Source: Selaginella moellendorffii
Taxonomy: Eukaryota > Plantae > Lycopodiophyta
Assembly (NCBI RefSeq): GCF_000143415.4
Contig: NW_003314262.1
Span: 5,738,304-5,802,303 of the forward strand
Direction of reading: 5' to 3'
Length of the DNA stretch: 64,000 nt
Shown here: positions 45,654 to 59,036 of the stretch, one piece after another
How the letters are laid out: each line of letters opens with the position of its first letter
Position numbering within the stretch: position 1 is the stretch's first letter
Notes under the pieces: model-generated
Database searches by the model: none
What the model was told of the DNA's origin: nothing
The model's input: the letters and a program-made list of their open reading frames with translations, nothing else
Translations under genes and position numbers: made by a program

Positions 45654-48600
45654 CTAAAATGCTGTTGAAGCCTCCAGAACTCGGAAGATCACTCAAGAAA
45701 TCCATGGAGATGATTCCCAAGGACCTGAAGGGACCGGGAGGGAATGAAATAAACCTGAAGGAAGGTGGCGAGGTACTTTATTTTGGGCGCAAGTGTCACA
45801 GGAGGTAACAAAAGCTTTGATGTAATCGTCCATGTGAGGCCACCAAAAGTCCTGTGCAACCAACTTATAGGTTTTCGCAATACCGAAGTGACTAGCAGTC
45901 GAGCTATCGTGGCACGCCATTAGGACCAACTTGCAAGCATCACCTTTAGGAACGTAAAGCTGCTCCCCACAATATAACAAGCCATCTAAGAACTCAAACT
46001 CGTCAAATCGCCGGCAATTGGGAGTCATTGGGTGTCCATGCTAAAGATGGGGAAAAATGTCGCTGGCGAGGTCGTCAGATTGAAGATCATTCTGATCACA
46101 TCCATCAAGGAGGAGTCTTGAGAGGCCAAGGAAATTGCCATAACTTGAAACCGATTAGGATCAAGGATAACCTGATCCAATTGATCAAAGTTAGGATTAC
46201 CAAGTTTGAGACTAAGATAGGAGCGCTTTGAAAGAGCATCATAAAGGCCTTGAAGCTTTTCAGGTCTGTACTTTATAACAAAGTCAAACCAACTTAGGAA
46301 TTGTGCCCACTTTGCCTGACGATGACTCAAAACTTGGGAAGTGGTAAAGTACTCGAGATTTTTGTGATCTGTTCAAACCGTTGTTTGATGGCTCGCCCCC
46401 TCCAAGAAACGATGCCACTCTCCAAAGGAATTCACGATGGCAAGGAGCTCTTTGTCATGGATTTCGTAATTGATCTCCGCAGGCTGCAATTTCCGAGAAT
46501 GGAAAGTAACCGGATGAAATTCCTAATCTGCTCCGAGTTGAGACAGCACAACACCAATGGCAAAGTCAAAGGCATCCGCCTCGATGAAGAAAGATTGTGA
46601 GGGATCAGTGTGGATCAAGATGGGAGTAGAACTAAAGGCCGCCTTGAGTATGTCAAAGGCCTGCTGGGCAGTAGCAGACCAAGAGAAGAGAACATCCTTG
46701 CGAGTGAGATGCATAAGAGGAAGGACAATGTCAGAGTAGTGATCAATGAATTTGTGGTAGAAGTTGGCGAAGCCAAGGAAAACCTGAACATCCGACATTG
46801 ATTGTGGAGGCTCTCATTCGAGAATAGTCTTGACTTTGGCAGGATCCATCGTGATACCCTCAGGAGTGACAATATACCTAAGGAACTCCACAGACTCTTG
46901 ATTGAAGGAACATTTCTCAAGCTTCGCGTATAGGCTGTGTTCCCGCAGCTTCGCTAGCACCTTGCACACATGCTCGTCGTGCTCCTCTTGAGTTTTTGAG
47001 TAGATGAGGATGTCATCAAGATAGACGATCACCATCTAAGAAACTCCCAAAAGACATCGTTCGCCATGTGTTGAAAAACTACTGGAGCATTTGTCAAGCC
47101 AAACGGCATGACAGTGTACTCGAAGTAGCCATAGCGGGTTCGGAACATAGTTTTCCATTCATTGCTATGCCGGATCCGGATCAGGTTGTATGCTCCACGG
47201 AGGTCGATCTTGGTGAAGAAGCGGGCACCGCCGAGGTGTTCTAACAGGTTCGAGATCAGGGGCAGCGAATAATGGTTCCGAACAGTCACCTTGTTCAAAC
47301 TTCAGTAGTTGATGGCTAGCCGCAAACTCCCATCCTTCTTCTTGACAAAGAAGATAAATGCTCCAGCCAAGGACTGCGAATGTTGAATATACCCTGAGGC
47401 AAGGTTCTCGTCCACATACTCTTTAAGGGCCTTAAGCTTAGATGGGGATAACCTGTAGATAGGCCCCCACGGAGGTGATGCTCCTTCCTGTAAATCAATG
47501 GGACAGTCGTAAGGCCGATGAACAAGCAGTACATTAGTTTTTTTCTTGTCAAACACATCCCCAAAATCATGATACTTCTCAGGAAGACTGACAAGAGAAA
47601 CATGCAAAGCAAAAAAGAAAATAGGTTCTTCATGAAGGAGTTCTTTCATAGTGATTGTGGAGATAGGAGGAGGTGTACGACTGAATGGAATGATGAGATG
47701 AGGATACTATCCAATGTAAAATGGAAGAGAGGGAAAAGACGAGGGTGAAAACTTCATAAAGTCAGAAATAGAACCCTGATTTGAGTTTAGGGAACTTTTC
47801 CTGATTCAGACTTGATAAACAACAGGGAAAGACGTGGGAAATGGTGACGTGGGAGAGATGAGCTGTAATTCCTTCCAACAGATCTGAGACTGGTGCAGTT
47901 GGAACCAAGGAAGGCCGAACACCACAGAGTAGGACTTGCTGTTGATGATGTTAAAGGCGATATCAGTGACAGTAGACCTGATGTGTACTTGAATGGGCAA
48001 CGTTTCCCTAAGTCTAGAAGATGGAGTGCCTGCTGATACCTTCAACCCTTAGATCCTGTATGGTAGGAGAAAGAGGAATGTGATATCGGGCAACAAAGTC
48101 TGTGTCCATGAAGTAGGAAGTTGCACCCAAGTCCAATAGCACCAAAGCCTTGAGTTCTAATTGTCCGGTGAAAGAAAGGAGACATGGGATGCGGAAGTTG
48201 TAGGAATTGGTGGAGGCTTTGATGAAAGGTGGTGAGGAGCTTGATAAAGAAGAAAATTGAATTTTATTTGGGGAGTCCAAACAGACAGCTCCTACTCTGT
48301 TTAGACAGGGTTGTTTCCCGATTGCAACAGAGGTGGACCTTGAGGCAGAGTGAACTCGAGTAGTCGAGGAGGCTTCTTGGGACACACAGTTCCTTTGTGA
48401 TTAGGATCAACACAGTAGAGGCAAAAATTATGAGATACTTGACATTGCTTCTCAACAGGACTCAACTTCCCTCTGATGAGTCAAGGAGTACCAGAAATAT
48501 CTATCGGGACCGGAGCAGTAGGTTCAGGAGTATACCCCGAAGACTCAAGCTGGGATTCCTGAGTCTAGGACAAGAAAATGGCAGCACGGCGACTTTCCTG

Positions 48601-49263
48601 ACGATGTTCAAAGAGACGATTGTCACATTTAACAGCTTTGTTGATGGCATCTGACAGGTCCGTGGGATCCTCCATGGTGAGCAAAAAATCCTTGACACCA
48701 TTGTTGAGGCCGAAACGAAATTGATCAATCAGGGCTTGTTCATCCCACTGAGTGTCCAAGGCAAGGAGTTGGAACTCTATAGCATAGATTGAGGCAGGAT
48801 GAGACCCCTAAGAGAGACATCTCATTTTTGTGGTAGCAGCCCAAACCCAATCTGTCTCACCAAAACATGTTTCAAATTTCTCTTTGAACAACTGAACATC
48901 CATTAGCTTCGAAACCACAACCCCTTTTATGCTCTTCTCCAGAAGAGGAGAAAACCATGACAAAGATGCACCTTCAAGCAACATCCCAATCATGCCAATT
49001 TAAGACTTGGGAGTGGGGTACCGCTGATGTTGAAGTGTGAAGATCAGCTCTATCTAGTTTAGAAATCCGCGAAGCTCCAAATGCTTGCTTGAAACTTTCA
49101 TCAGGAAACTCACTTTCAGTTCAGGAACTTTGCTTGATCCTTGAGCCGAAAGTGAAGCAAGCTCTTGTTGCATGTGAAGAAGGGTCGCCTTCAGCTTAGT
49201 ATTCTCAGACTGGATTTTTGCAAAGACTTCAGCAAAGAAATCAGAATGGCTTGGAGACTCCAT
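45654..49263 (-). pseudogene. gag-protease-RT-RNaseH-integrase N-terminus of the outer element (disrupted)
   Basis: gag WDEQALIDQFRFGL; protease LLDLGAT; [45 protein letters not shown]; RNaseH EADAFDFAIGVVLSQ; integrase zinc finger CHDS..ASHFG...CDTC. Confidence 0.93.
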
Positions 49264-49542
49264 CGGCAAAAAAGAAAGAAAAGGGGGAAAAAGGCAAAGG
49301 CAGTCAAACAATCAAACGAGCTAAAGCAGAAAAAAAAAAACACAATCTAAATCAAACTATCAAGACCCCCAATAAGATCAAGATTGGAAAATGCAGAGGA
49401 CAAAGAGAAAAACTAGTGGAAACAAAAAAGAGGCCTTAGACTGGCGTTGATTTAAGATTGTGGAGAAATGGAACAAGGCTAACCTATATATATTATAGAT
49501 TAATGAAGCTCCACCACTCTTGGATCGAGGACGGCCTAAATA

Positions 49543-49771
49543 TAGCTGAGGTTGAGGAGGCACTACATCATTATCAGGAATGTGGTTCGAGATTCAGCAA
49601 TCGTACGGGAAATCAGAAAGTCAAGAATAAGGAAGTATCTCAAGAGTCAGGAATAGGGAAGTGTTTTGAGAGTTAGGAATAAGGAAGTGTCTCGAGAGTC
49701 AGGAATATGGTTTGTGGGTCAAGAATCCGGTGAGAGTCAAAAATGTGGCATGAATTGAGGGATTCCTGACA
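49543..49771 (-). repeat. 5' LTR of the outer chromovirus (alignable part; inner boundary not resolved)
   Basis: Matches 36803-37031 with many transitions. Confidence 0.85.
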
Positions 49772-51587
49772 CAAGCCATACATTATATCTAAATTTTAAG
49801 GTTTATAATTCTAAAACGGAGAGTAAGAAAAGTCTTATGCTCTATATATCTATTTATCTTTGATTGAAGACCACATAAAACAAAGCATTATATGAGAGGA
49901 TTAATTATGAAGCCAACATTTATATTCTGATTAAATATTCTTGCAATTTATCCCTATAGCAAATATAAAGTTATTACTATCTAAAAATATAGATACTTGT
50001 TGTATGATAACAATAGGAAAAGGATCTATCAATTTAATATAACATTCTATGAAAATGATGATAAGATGAAAAATTTTAGTTAATGGGTTGCATAAAGTGA
50101 TTAGTAAACATATATGAATTGGATGTTAAGATGAGAAATTTATTAGTTAATAAGCATTGACTCACAAATGCCAAGAGAAATTGTTATTAAAATCCTTTGT
50201 TTTCTTCTAGTGAATTATAGTTATGTAAGGACATATATAATAAGATAATCTGAAAACTCACATAATTTCAAACTTAATTTATATAAAGCTCCTTTTTGTA
50301 TGATGAAATTTGTATAATTATAAATAATATTTATAAATAAGAAATTACTAATTCAAGCTTCAAAAACCTTTAATTATAATATAGATATGTTTTAAATTTT
50401 GTTTAGGACATTATATTCATCTTTATTCATCTTTTTAAAAGTAAAATTTCCACTATTAATATTATGTAGTTTAATTTTTAATATAATGTTACTTTTTTAA
50501 CTCATATCTAAATATATAAATGTATAAATATATAAATTTATTTAAATTATTAATTATGTTAATAGATAAATTATTATCCAAAAGCCAATCCATTTTATTT
50601 AATAACTTACAAAAACAAAATAAAACTATATTTTTGGATAACAGTGCTTTCTGTTTGTGTTTCTAACTACTACACCCTTAAGAAGAAATATTATATTCAT
50701 GACAATTTTAGTTGAGTAATAATTTCATACACTACAGTAAAACTTTTAACCCTAGGATCTCTTGTTAAAACACAATTAATTAATTGAATAATGCTTTTAA
50801 TATAGTACTATTTTCCCTTGATAAAAATATCAAAGTTCCATGCAAGCTATTTTATATTAATAGATAAAGTAGTATTTATCCAATTATTCCTTATAATATT
50901 ATGTCAACCAATCAAAAGTCATTTTTATTTAAATCAAAACTATAACCCTTTTCCAATTTAAATTTCTTTTGATTTAAAAATATGGTATAAGTAAATTAAT
51001 AAAAATTATTATTTTATTTATTTAAAAATGTAAATTTTGTTTTAACTTTATTTTTTATTGGTACTACTTAATTACATCAAGATGCATATTAGATATACCC
51101 TAATTAGCATTAATTTTTGTGATTGAAGTGTATTATTTCTAGATTTATAACTTACTATTATTTACAAAAAATAAAAAAGGTGAGAAAATATTTAAAGAAT
51201 TAACATCTATATTATATAAAGGATATAGAAAAAGAACTTTTAAAAATTTTGTTATTGTTATTTAATTGTTTTATACTTTTCTAAATTGTCCATATTAATA
51301 TATTTTTATCTTTCATAAATTTTATTAGCAACAGTGACTTTTGCTCTTAAAGATTTAATCAGCTATATAATATTACATTTCAAGTAATTAATATTTTTTT
51401 AATTTTTCATCCATTATTTTTTCTTTTTTTCTTTTTTTTTTTTGGCAACCTTCAATCCCATTAGATAATTTCATAGTCGCATTGAGAAAGATTTAATAAT
51501 TAACTTCATGCTATTAGTTTTTATCATATGATAAAATTCATTACTCTTGCACTATTATAAATAATATTCGTAAACATGAATTACCCC

Positions 51588-51819
51588 TGCTGCCGCTTTG
51601 ATTCCTCAATCAAAACGACAATCCACCAGTGTCATATTCCACACAGCCACACAGGGAATCTTCTGAGCTCTTCTAGCAATCCACGATTCCACTCTTGAGT
51701 GCGAGCATTGCCCCGACTTGATCCGATCCATCAAAACCACGGCAAAGAAAACAGAGCACGATCCCAGCACCGCGGCGAGGATCTGGCACGAGGAAGAATA
51801 CGGTCAGCGGCGCGCTCAT
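51588..51819 (-). pseudogene. Truncated relic of the LRR-RLK XI 5' end
   Basis: Matches 33488-33785 (start-codon context, QILAAVLGSC, AMLALKSGIVD) with deletions; no further LRRs. Confidence 0.85.
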
Positions 51820-53488
51820 CCATTTGATTCACAGCAGATGCCCGGCTTGGGCATTTTGACCAGTGATCTTTTTTCTTGTGGGTCGAGCAATCCCAAACCT
51901 CTTTAAAAATCCTACGCAGATTGATCACGACTACGATGTGATTCCCGGCGCAGATATTCAAAAATTTGGAGACGCAGACGCCTCTTTTCCTTTCCACCCT
52001 TTTCTCTCTGCAAGCAGCAGCGAGGAGTCGCTTCACAGACAGCTGCAGCGCTCGAACGGGACCCTCTTGCAAAAAAAGGAAAGAAAAAGAAAACTCGCTC
52101 CATGAAAGATGAAAGAAACTTGGCTTCTTCTTCGTCTCTCACGAAACCAATGTTACCTAGGCTATCACATCAGCTCAGCCACAAATCAGCTACAATTTCT
52201 TGGAGGATCTTCCCAATTATCACCATTGGTACTCTCTAAGTAGCTCCATAGCTAGCCTCGTCTATCTACAACTTCGAAAGATCTATACCACATCACCCAA
52301 AAGATCAATCCATTCGGCGTCATTAGATCTGTCTCCATCCAGCTACCAAGCTCATCCCAAATGCAAGCGATCCCGCCCCAAAAAAGAGCAGTGAAAGCAA
52401 CAGCCATCGATCGATCGCATTTTTTTAAGGGAATCTCATCTTAGAACTAATCAACTCCGGCACCCGTAGTTCTTCCTCGATTACACGCAAATTCCTGGTG
52501 TGGTGTCCCTCCAAAGTCCCAATTAAACAACATACCCAAAGTGCTCCGTGCTGTGCATGTTGTTCCCCGTGTTGCGCAAACAATGATTCAAAATCGTTGT
52601 GTATGGTGTCTGTTTGGAGGAATATAAAAATAAGAAAGAGTCGGAGGGAATCCTTCCAGAATCGAGAGTCCGCTTTGCCTTGCGTTGATCCTAGTTGAGT
52701 CAGAGTTGGAGTTTTTTATTTAAGAGCTTGGTCAAAGCTTGTGCAGGTGTGCTAAGCTACAGAGCCTTTGGACGTTTCCCTTGTTTGGTTTCCTTGGCTG
52801 CTAGCTCCGGTATAGATTTGGATAAATTCCGTTCAGTCTCTAGAAAAAAATAAGAAACTGTTTTCAACAAGAATTATACACTTACATCCAGTATTTCTGT
52901 CTGTTCTCTTTTGTCGAAAGAAAGTTGTCATATACGGTTCTCTTGTTGGAGGCATCAGCGTTGTCCCACAATGATAAATCAACTGGTGCTAATATTTTTC
53001 TCTAGACTGTTTAAGGCGGCAATGTATGACGGTGTCGGTTTGTTCAAATTCATCGTGGTCTACATCACGAGGTCTTTGCTTTACATTCTTGTGTTTTGGC
53101 CATCGCTGCTCCACCGTTTGGATTGCCCTCATGGGATCAAACGCTGCAATTGTCTACGCGGGTTGTCTACACGGGGCTGGTTCATGTCTACATGCTACAG
53201 TCTCCCCATGAAACCTAATCGTTTATCACCAGAAGCAAGCTGTGCGACAAGAGAAGGCCATTGAAGCTTTGAGGGAGTGTGGTGAGGCAACAGGTTACTT
53301 TACCGTAAAATCTGAAGAGCCTCAAGAAACTTGAAAATCAAGGACTACTATGAAAGAATGATTATTTATCTTACTTTTAATTCCAAGATGAATGGATGGA
53401 ATGAATATTAATTCCTTCTTCACGATCTTACGACTATTAGTCTTCTGGATGATTTCGCTGAAGCTCGCATTCTTTCTCAAGTGATCCT
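51588..53488 (+). repeat. Segment B: diverged direct copy of 33488-35608
   Basis: Colinear with segment A, with many small deletions. Confidence 0.9.
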
Positions 53489-56400
53489 CTAGGAGTGACC
53501 TTTTCTTGTCTTTAAAGATCTAGACTATGCATTGCTAGGTGAGTTCTCTTGTAACACTACACTAAACTGCGGGGATTGATGTCTTGTAACCATAAGCATG
53601 GCAGGCTGATTGCAAGGAACATGAATGATTTACATGTGGTTCCATATGGGGTAATGAAGCAAGGATCACTATTGCAATCCCATTGTATGCATCACTGAAA
53701 ACAATACTGTGATCCATGTGTTGGTTATATTTTTCTTTGATTATCAACTACCTTGGAGAATGGGATTAGCGTACCACCAACATACATCTAAGCGGTTTAC
53801 AGAAAATTGCATGATCCATCGCTGCTCCGAGCTTACACTGCGTGGACAACTGGGAATGGGGTGTAACATGATTATGACAGTAGACAAGGCTTCCTGGCAA
53901 ACGGGTGAGTTCAAATGGAGAAAAGTTTATGGAAAAAATTTCATCCACATATAAAAAATAATTTATGCTCTAATTTCCATATAATGGATTTTTAATAGTC
54001 AGTATAAACATATAAAAAATATTATAAAACACTGGAATTATTTAAATAACTTTATGTGCAATTATTATTCAACTGTGGAAATAGTAATATGTTAAAAAAA
54101 ACATTTTTGTGTATTGTAAGTAGCAAAACTTGGTTTCTTTAATCAGTTTTTCTAATTATTTAAAAACTAGAATACTAATTGCATTAGAAAAAACTTCAGG
54201 TAATAAATATTAAAAGGCCTAATAATAGAAAGTATGTGAACTTTTAAAAATATATGTAAGATAAATTAGTAAAGCTTTATAAAAAATATTAATGAGTAAT
54301 ATTTAAACTATGAACATATAAAGATAAGTACTTTGTTTTAGATGCAAGCATGCAATAATTGTAAAATAGAAAACTTCAGTTGATAAACAATGCAAAGCAT
54401 ATAAAATTTTTAATTTTCTAAGCTAGATATTTTTTATAATTAGCATATTTTAAAAAATAAATTATGTATTAAAATAAATAAATTTTAGCTTAATACAGAT
54501 AAATATGAAAATTTTGTTTTATAATTATTATGGATATTATCAGTTATAATTTATACTAGAATAATCTAGAAGTGAAAAAAAAATGAGATTTGGCAAATGA
54601 TTTCAATCCTAAATGAGTTAACTAAAGTTGTAGATAAAAATAATATTGTTATAAGATTCATGATTTCCAAAGTGTTAAGATTTTTTTTTAATTATTATTA
54701 TATGATCTTTGTACAGATTCTTTCACTACTACCCCTACTAGCAAGATCTTAGCTCTACTAGGATATTTGAATGTTTTATGATTTAAATTATTCCTTGGTT
54801 ATGGTGGCTTTACAAAGTGGTGAGTTGTGAGATGGATAATGATGAAGCACTAAACTATTTTATTTAAGCTTGTTAATGAAAGGCTTGAGTTGCAATTCTT
54901 AATTCTTTTCCAAAGAACCTTGTTATTGAATTTTTTAGAGCTTGCTTAGACTCTTTAATATGTAACAATCTTTTGGTTTGTATTTAATCTTTTTCTTCTT
55001 TCATGAGTGCATATTTAGTCCTATTGTAATGTGTTAGTCCTAGTTCAATTCTAACATTATTTTTGTATTTGAGAAAAAGAGTTGATTGTCAATAGAAGAT
55101 TAAGCTTACTATAAAGAAAAATAGACATACAAAGGCCTAACCAATAGCAATAGGGGAATTTGATAGCTCATAGCTAGCAATTTTCTTCAAAGAGAAAAGT
55201 TTATCATATTCAATAGTGACTTTTTCCTACTATATTATGTGAATTAAAACACATATGCACTATTAAGAGTTCTAAAGTGCCAATCCCACCAATAGGAAGA
55301 GAGCAACTCTAGGCCCACAAGGTTGTCTTGGAGACAAATAGTCAATTTTGTAATTGTCAAAAAATGAATTCATCCATCAGATAATTATCAAAAAAAGCTG
55401 ATGTATTATTAGCTTAGATGAGTGGGTATTTATGATTGCATTATTTGATAAATGGATATACAGTGAAAGTATTTTTCTTCTTGCAAGTTTCTTATAACTG
55501 CAAGATAAATTATATAACTATTTTAATAGTATGCATAAGATTAGAATGGAATCCACATACTATAGGGGTCAAGACCAAGTATGTAAGACCTAAATTTCTC
55601 TGTGTCTTGGTATTTTTTGAACTTGCTGTAAATCTTGAAATTAAATATCTTCAAACGGATACATCAATATGCAAAAAGAATGTAAAATAATTCTCATCTT
55701 ATATTATAGTTAGTTCCTTGGTTGGCAATCCTATGATTTCTTATCTAGCCTTTTGAAATGCAACAATCTACATGTGACTGCTATTATCCTTATGCACACC
55801 TTTAAAGCATACTTGAACTCCATCTATATTATCTCAAGATTGCAAGAGCTATAGAACTAGCCATCTACTATTTAAATAGCCTTTTGCCACATTATCATTC
55901 ATTCATAAGATTGATATATGCTTAGTGTGGCATATAGGTTTGTGAAAACAAAATATGATCATGCACTTGGGCATTTAGATTATATTCTAAGTACTCTTTG
56001 GCTTGTATAGATAGAAGTAATATCAAGTTACATTGGTGTAAGTTAAGCTCATATATCCAATAACAACTATAGCCAGTAGTAATCACTTGTTCATCCAATA
56101 ACTTCATATTTACTAGTGGCCAACAAGAGGAATTTATATTTCCAAGATTCAATAAGGTATTATTGCCATCATTGGAAAACATAGAACTTAGACCACTAGG
56201 TGATCTAAGGTAAGAAAGTATGACCACCACAATTCCTATAAGTCTGTTGCATGGTTGAAGTTTGTTAATAATAACATTATTCATAACCCAAAGAATTGAA
56301 AAACAAGGTAAGGAACAGTGGTCAAGAGGCATTGGAGATATTAGAGCTCTAATGAAAAAGAGGCCAAAGTTTTCATTTTCTATTTGTAGGAAATTTTGAT

Positions 56401-58936
56401 ATCTGATAGATATTCTAACAATTTCCTCAAAAGACTTTATTTACTAGCTCATACCTAGTTGAAAACTTATACCCTTGAAACTTAAATGCATTGTTCATTA
56501 TCTCAAGTCCCTTTAATTCCATATACTTATGATCAAGGCACTTATAAAATTGCTTAGTCCTTGATTCCTAGATAAAGGAAACATCCATCAATATCTATAG
56601 AAAAATGGCAAAAGTAACCTTTAGCTCTAGAATGAAAATTTATTTTTTCTTTTGAATAGAAGAATTAATGTAAAAGTGTTGTAAATATGATTAAAAGTAT
56701 CAAAAGTTATTTGTTAATGAGTCCTTTTGGAATTTTTTCTTTATTACTATGATGGTAGAAAGTTGGTATTGTTGGACTCTTTATCAGCTTCACCTAAACT
56801 AATTGAGAACATAGTCTTCACATGTGCATTTAGCTAGAAGAATATAAAGGCAAAATTCCTAAGTGTTATTAATCAAGTATATATGACTTGATTAGAAAAA
56901 CTTATTTGTTAACTTGTACTTGCTATATTACCATATCTGCTAAACACCCTTGCTATCATGCCTTATATGCTAGTTCCATTCAATCTCATTAGCTATTTAT
57001 GGAAAGTGTTTAGATTTGTTAGTAAAGCATCTATGGAATATAAGAATTGTTCTGAATACAATAAAATTTACAACATTCTTATTCTAATTTTACACATAAG
57101 AAAGACAAATTTGATAGTGAGTTACTGGTCTTCATCTCACTTCTAAAATAAGAGTTCATTTATCTAGTATCACAACTAATTGGAGAGCTTCTTTGTTGCA
57201 ATAGCTTTGGAATTTAAAAGCTTTAATAATGGCAATAGAGGACAATTACTAAGATGTGAGGATCTAGTCCCATGCTAAAGGATCCTATTGTAAACTTAAT
57301 CTAGTATGATAGCATCAAAGAATTTAGCATTGCCATAGCCCATGAATATCATGGATTTTGGTGTCTATCTTATTGGAATGAAATCCCAGGTAGAATTCTT
57401 TTGAATTCACTAATAGAATTCCAGAGTAGAATCCAATTGAATCAAATTGTGACTCTGTAATGTTTATCGTTAGCATAAATAGACACAAGAACAATAGATT
57501 ATGCTAGAATTCTTCAGCTATGCTTGTATCTATAACCTTCAAAGTAAATCCCATATCCCTCTATCATATTTCATTTCACTATATATCCATGATATTTGTG
57601 CTATTGCACTAGATTGAGTTTGCATAGGACTAGATCCTCACTTTGTCCTCCATTGGCACTATGAAATTGTAATAATATTTAACTCTTATATATAGCAAAA
57701 GTATTTTGTAAATAAACAAACACTTCTCTTCTCTTCCTATATTGTAATAACACTACACTGGACAAAAGCACATAATAATATATTACCAGCTTCGTCATGA
57801 GCTCAATTGTTGTCCAATTGCCTAAACTAAGGAATAGCTACAAAGTTTTATTTGTAATGTATAAGTGGAACTGGTTCACTTAAAGAGATGCTAAAGTTCT
57901 CTTGAGTGCTCTAATTTGATTTTGGAAAGTCACTGACTTTTGTGTATGACAACTTACCAATTCGTTAGATTTGGATTTTAAAAAAATTTATGCCTAACAA
58001 ATGACAAGGCTTATTAAAAGTTGGCAAAAGCTTAATTCACTTACCAAAAAAGTTCTAAGTCTTTTGTGCTAATTAATATTTCTAACATCTCACTATACTC
58101 AATCTTTCCCATGCCCAACATGTTGCTTGAATCACATAATTCTCTATAGAATGGCACTATAAAAAAATGAGGAAAAGATAGTATATAAAAAATATAAAAA
58201 AATGAAAGCCAAATGTGTAAAGTTTACCTATCAACAGCGATTTAGTGATGAGATCATTCAAAAGGAAGATCCTTAGTATCCCTCAATCCTTGAGCTATAT
58301 TCAATCGACCCAATTAGTTTATTTACAAAGCATAAAGCTAAAGAAAATATAAAAAATACACATTTTGTATCATTGAAGACTTATATGGTAATAGATAGCC
58401 AGCTAGAAGAAATCCCAATCAACATGGTTCTCCTGGATTGGTAGCAACTGACCTTGGGTGAAAAGCTATTGCAATAAGTAGGCTAAATGATGGCTTTAAA
58501 AAGAAGTGTCAAGAAGGACATCATATGATTGTAAAAATTTATCTAAAGGCTTACTTACCATGATGTTTGTCTTTGCCAATGGCCTCAATCACCAAAAAAG
58601 AGCCTTCCTTAAAACAAAGTAGAAGAAGAGCACTCGTGGAAAATTTTAATTAGCCAAACATGATGAAGGTTTTTTTGGGCTTCTCACTTGCTGCTAATCA
58701 CTATACCAATGCCATGATGGTGTTTGATTAGCAATTTAATAGTAAACTTTGTTTTTTGAAGCCCAAATATAAAATCACAACTTGCATCATAACCAAACAC
58801 AGATTTTGCTTAGAGAGAAAGAGGGAGGTAGGTTGGGGGGGGGGGGGGGGGGGGAGGCCTTTTTTTGGGGTTTAAAAAATAAAGGCCTTTTTCAAAAACA
58901 AAAAAAAACCGAAGCCTTTTTCCCCCCCCAAAAAAT

Positions 58937-59036
58937 NNNNNNNNNNNNNNNNNNNNNNNNNNNNNNNNNNNNNNNNNNNNNNNNNNNNNNNNNNNNNNNN
59001 NNNNNNNNNNNNNNNNNNNNNNNNNNNNNNNNNNNN
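58937..59036. other. Assembly gap (100 N) with a low-quality left flank
   Basis: N run preceded by homopolymer-rich sequence at 58830-58936. Confidence 0.99.

Larger units (their letters stand above)
36803..49771 (-). mobile_element. Decayed Ty3/Gypsy chromovirus (Tcn1-like), host of a nested LTR element
   Basis: Related LTR segments at 36803-37031 and 49543-49771 both begin TGTCAG on the minus strand; PPT AGGAGGGGGTAT lies next to the 3' LTR; gag-PR-RT-RH-IN-chromodomain order with stops and frameshifts. Confidence 0.93.

Noticed and set aside
58830-58936. Long G-run suggesting a G-quadruplex
   Set aside because: Lies in homopolymer-rich sequence next to the gap and loosely resembles the sequence right of the gap; probably a low-quality read end.
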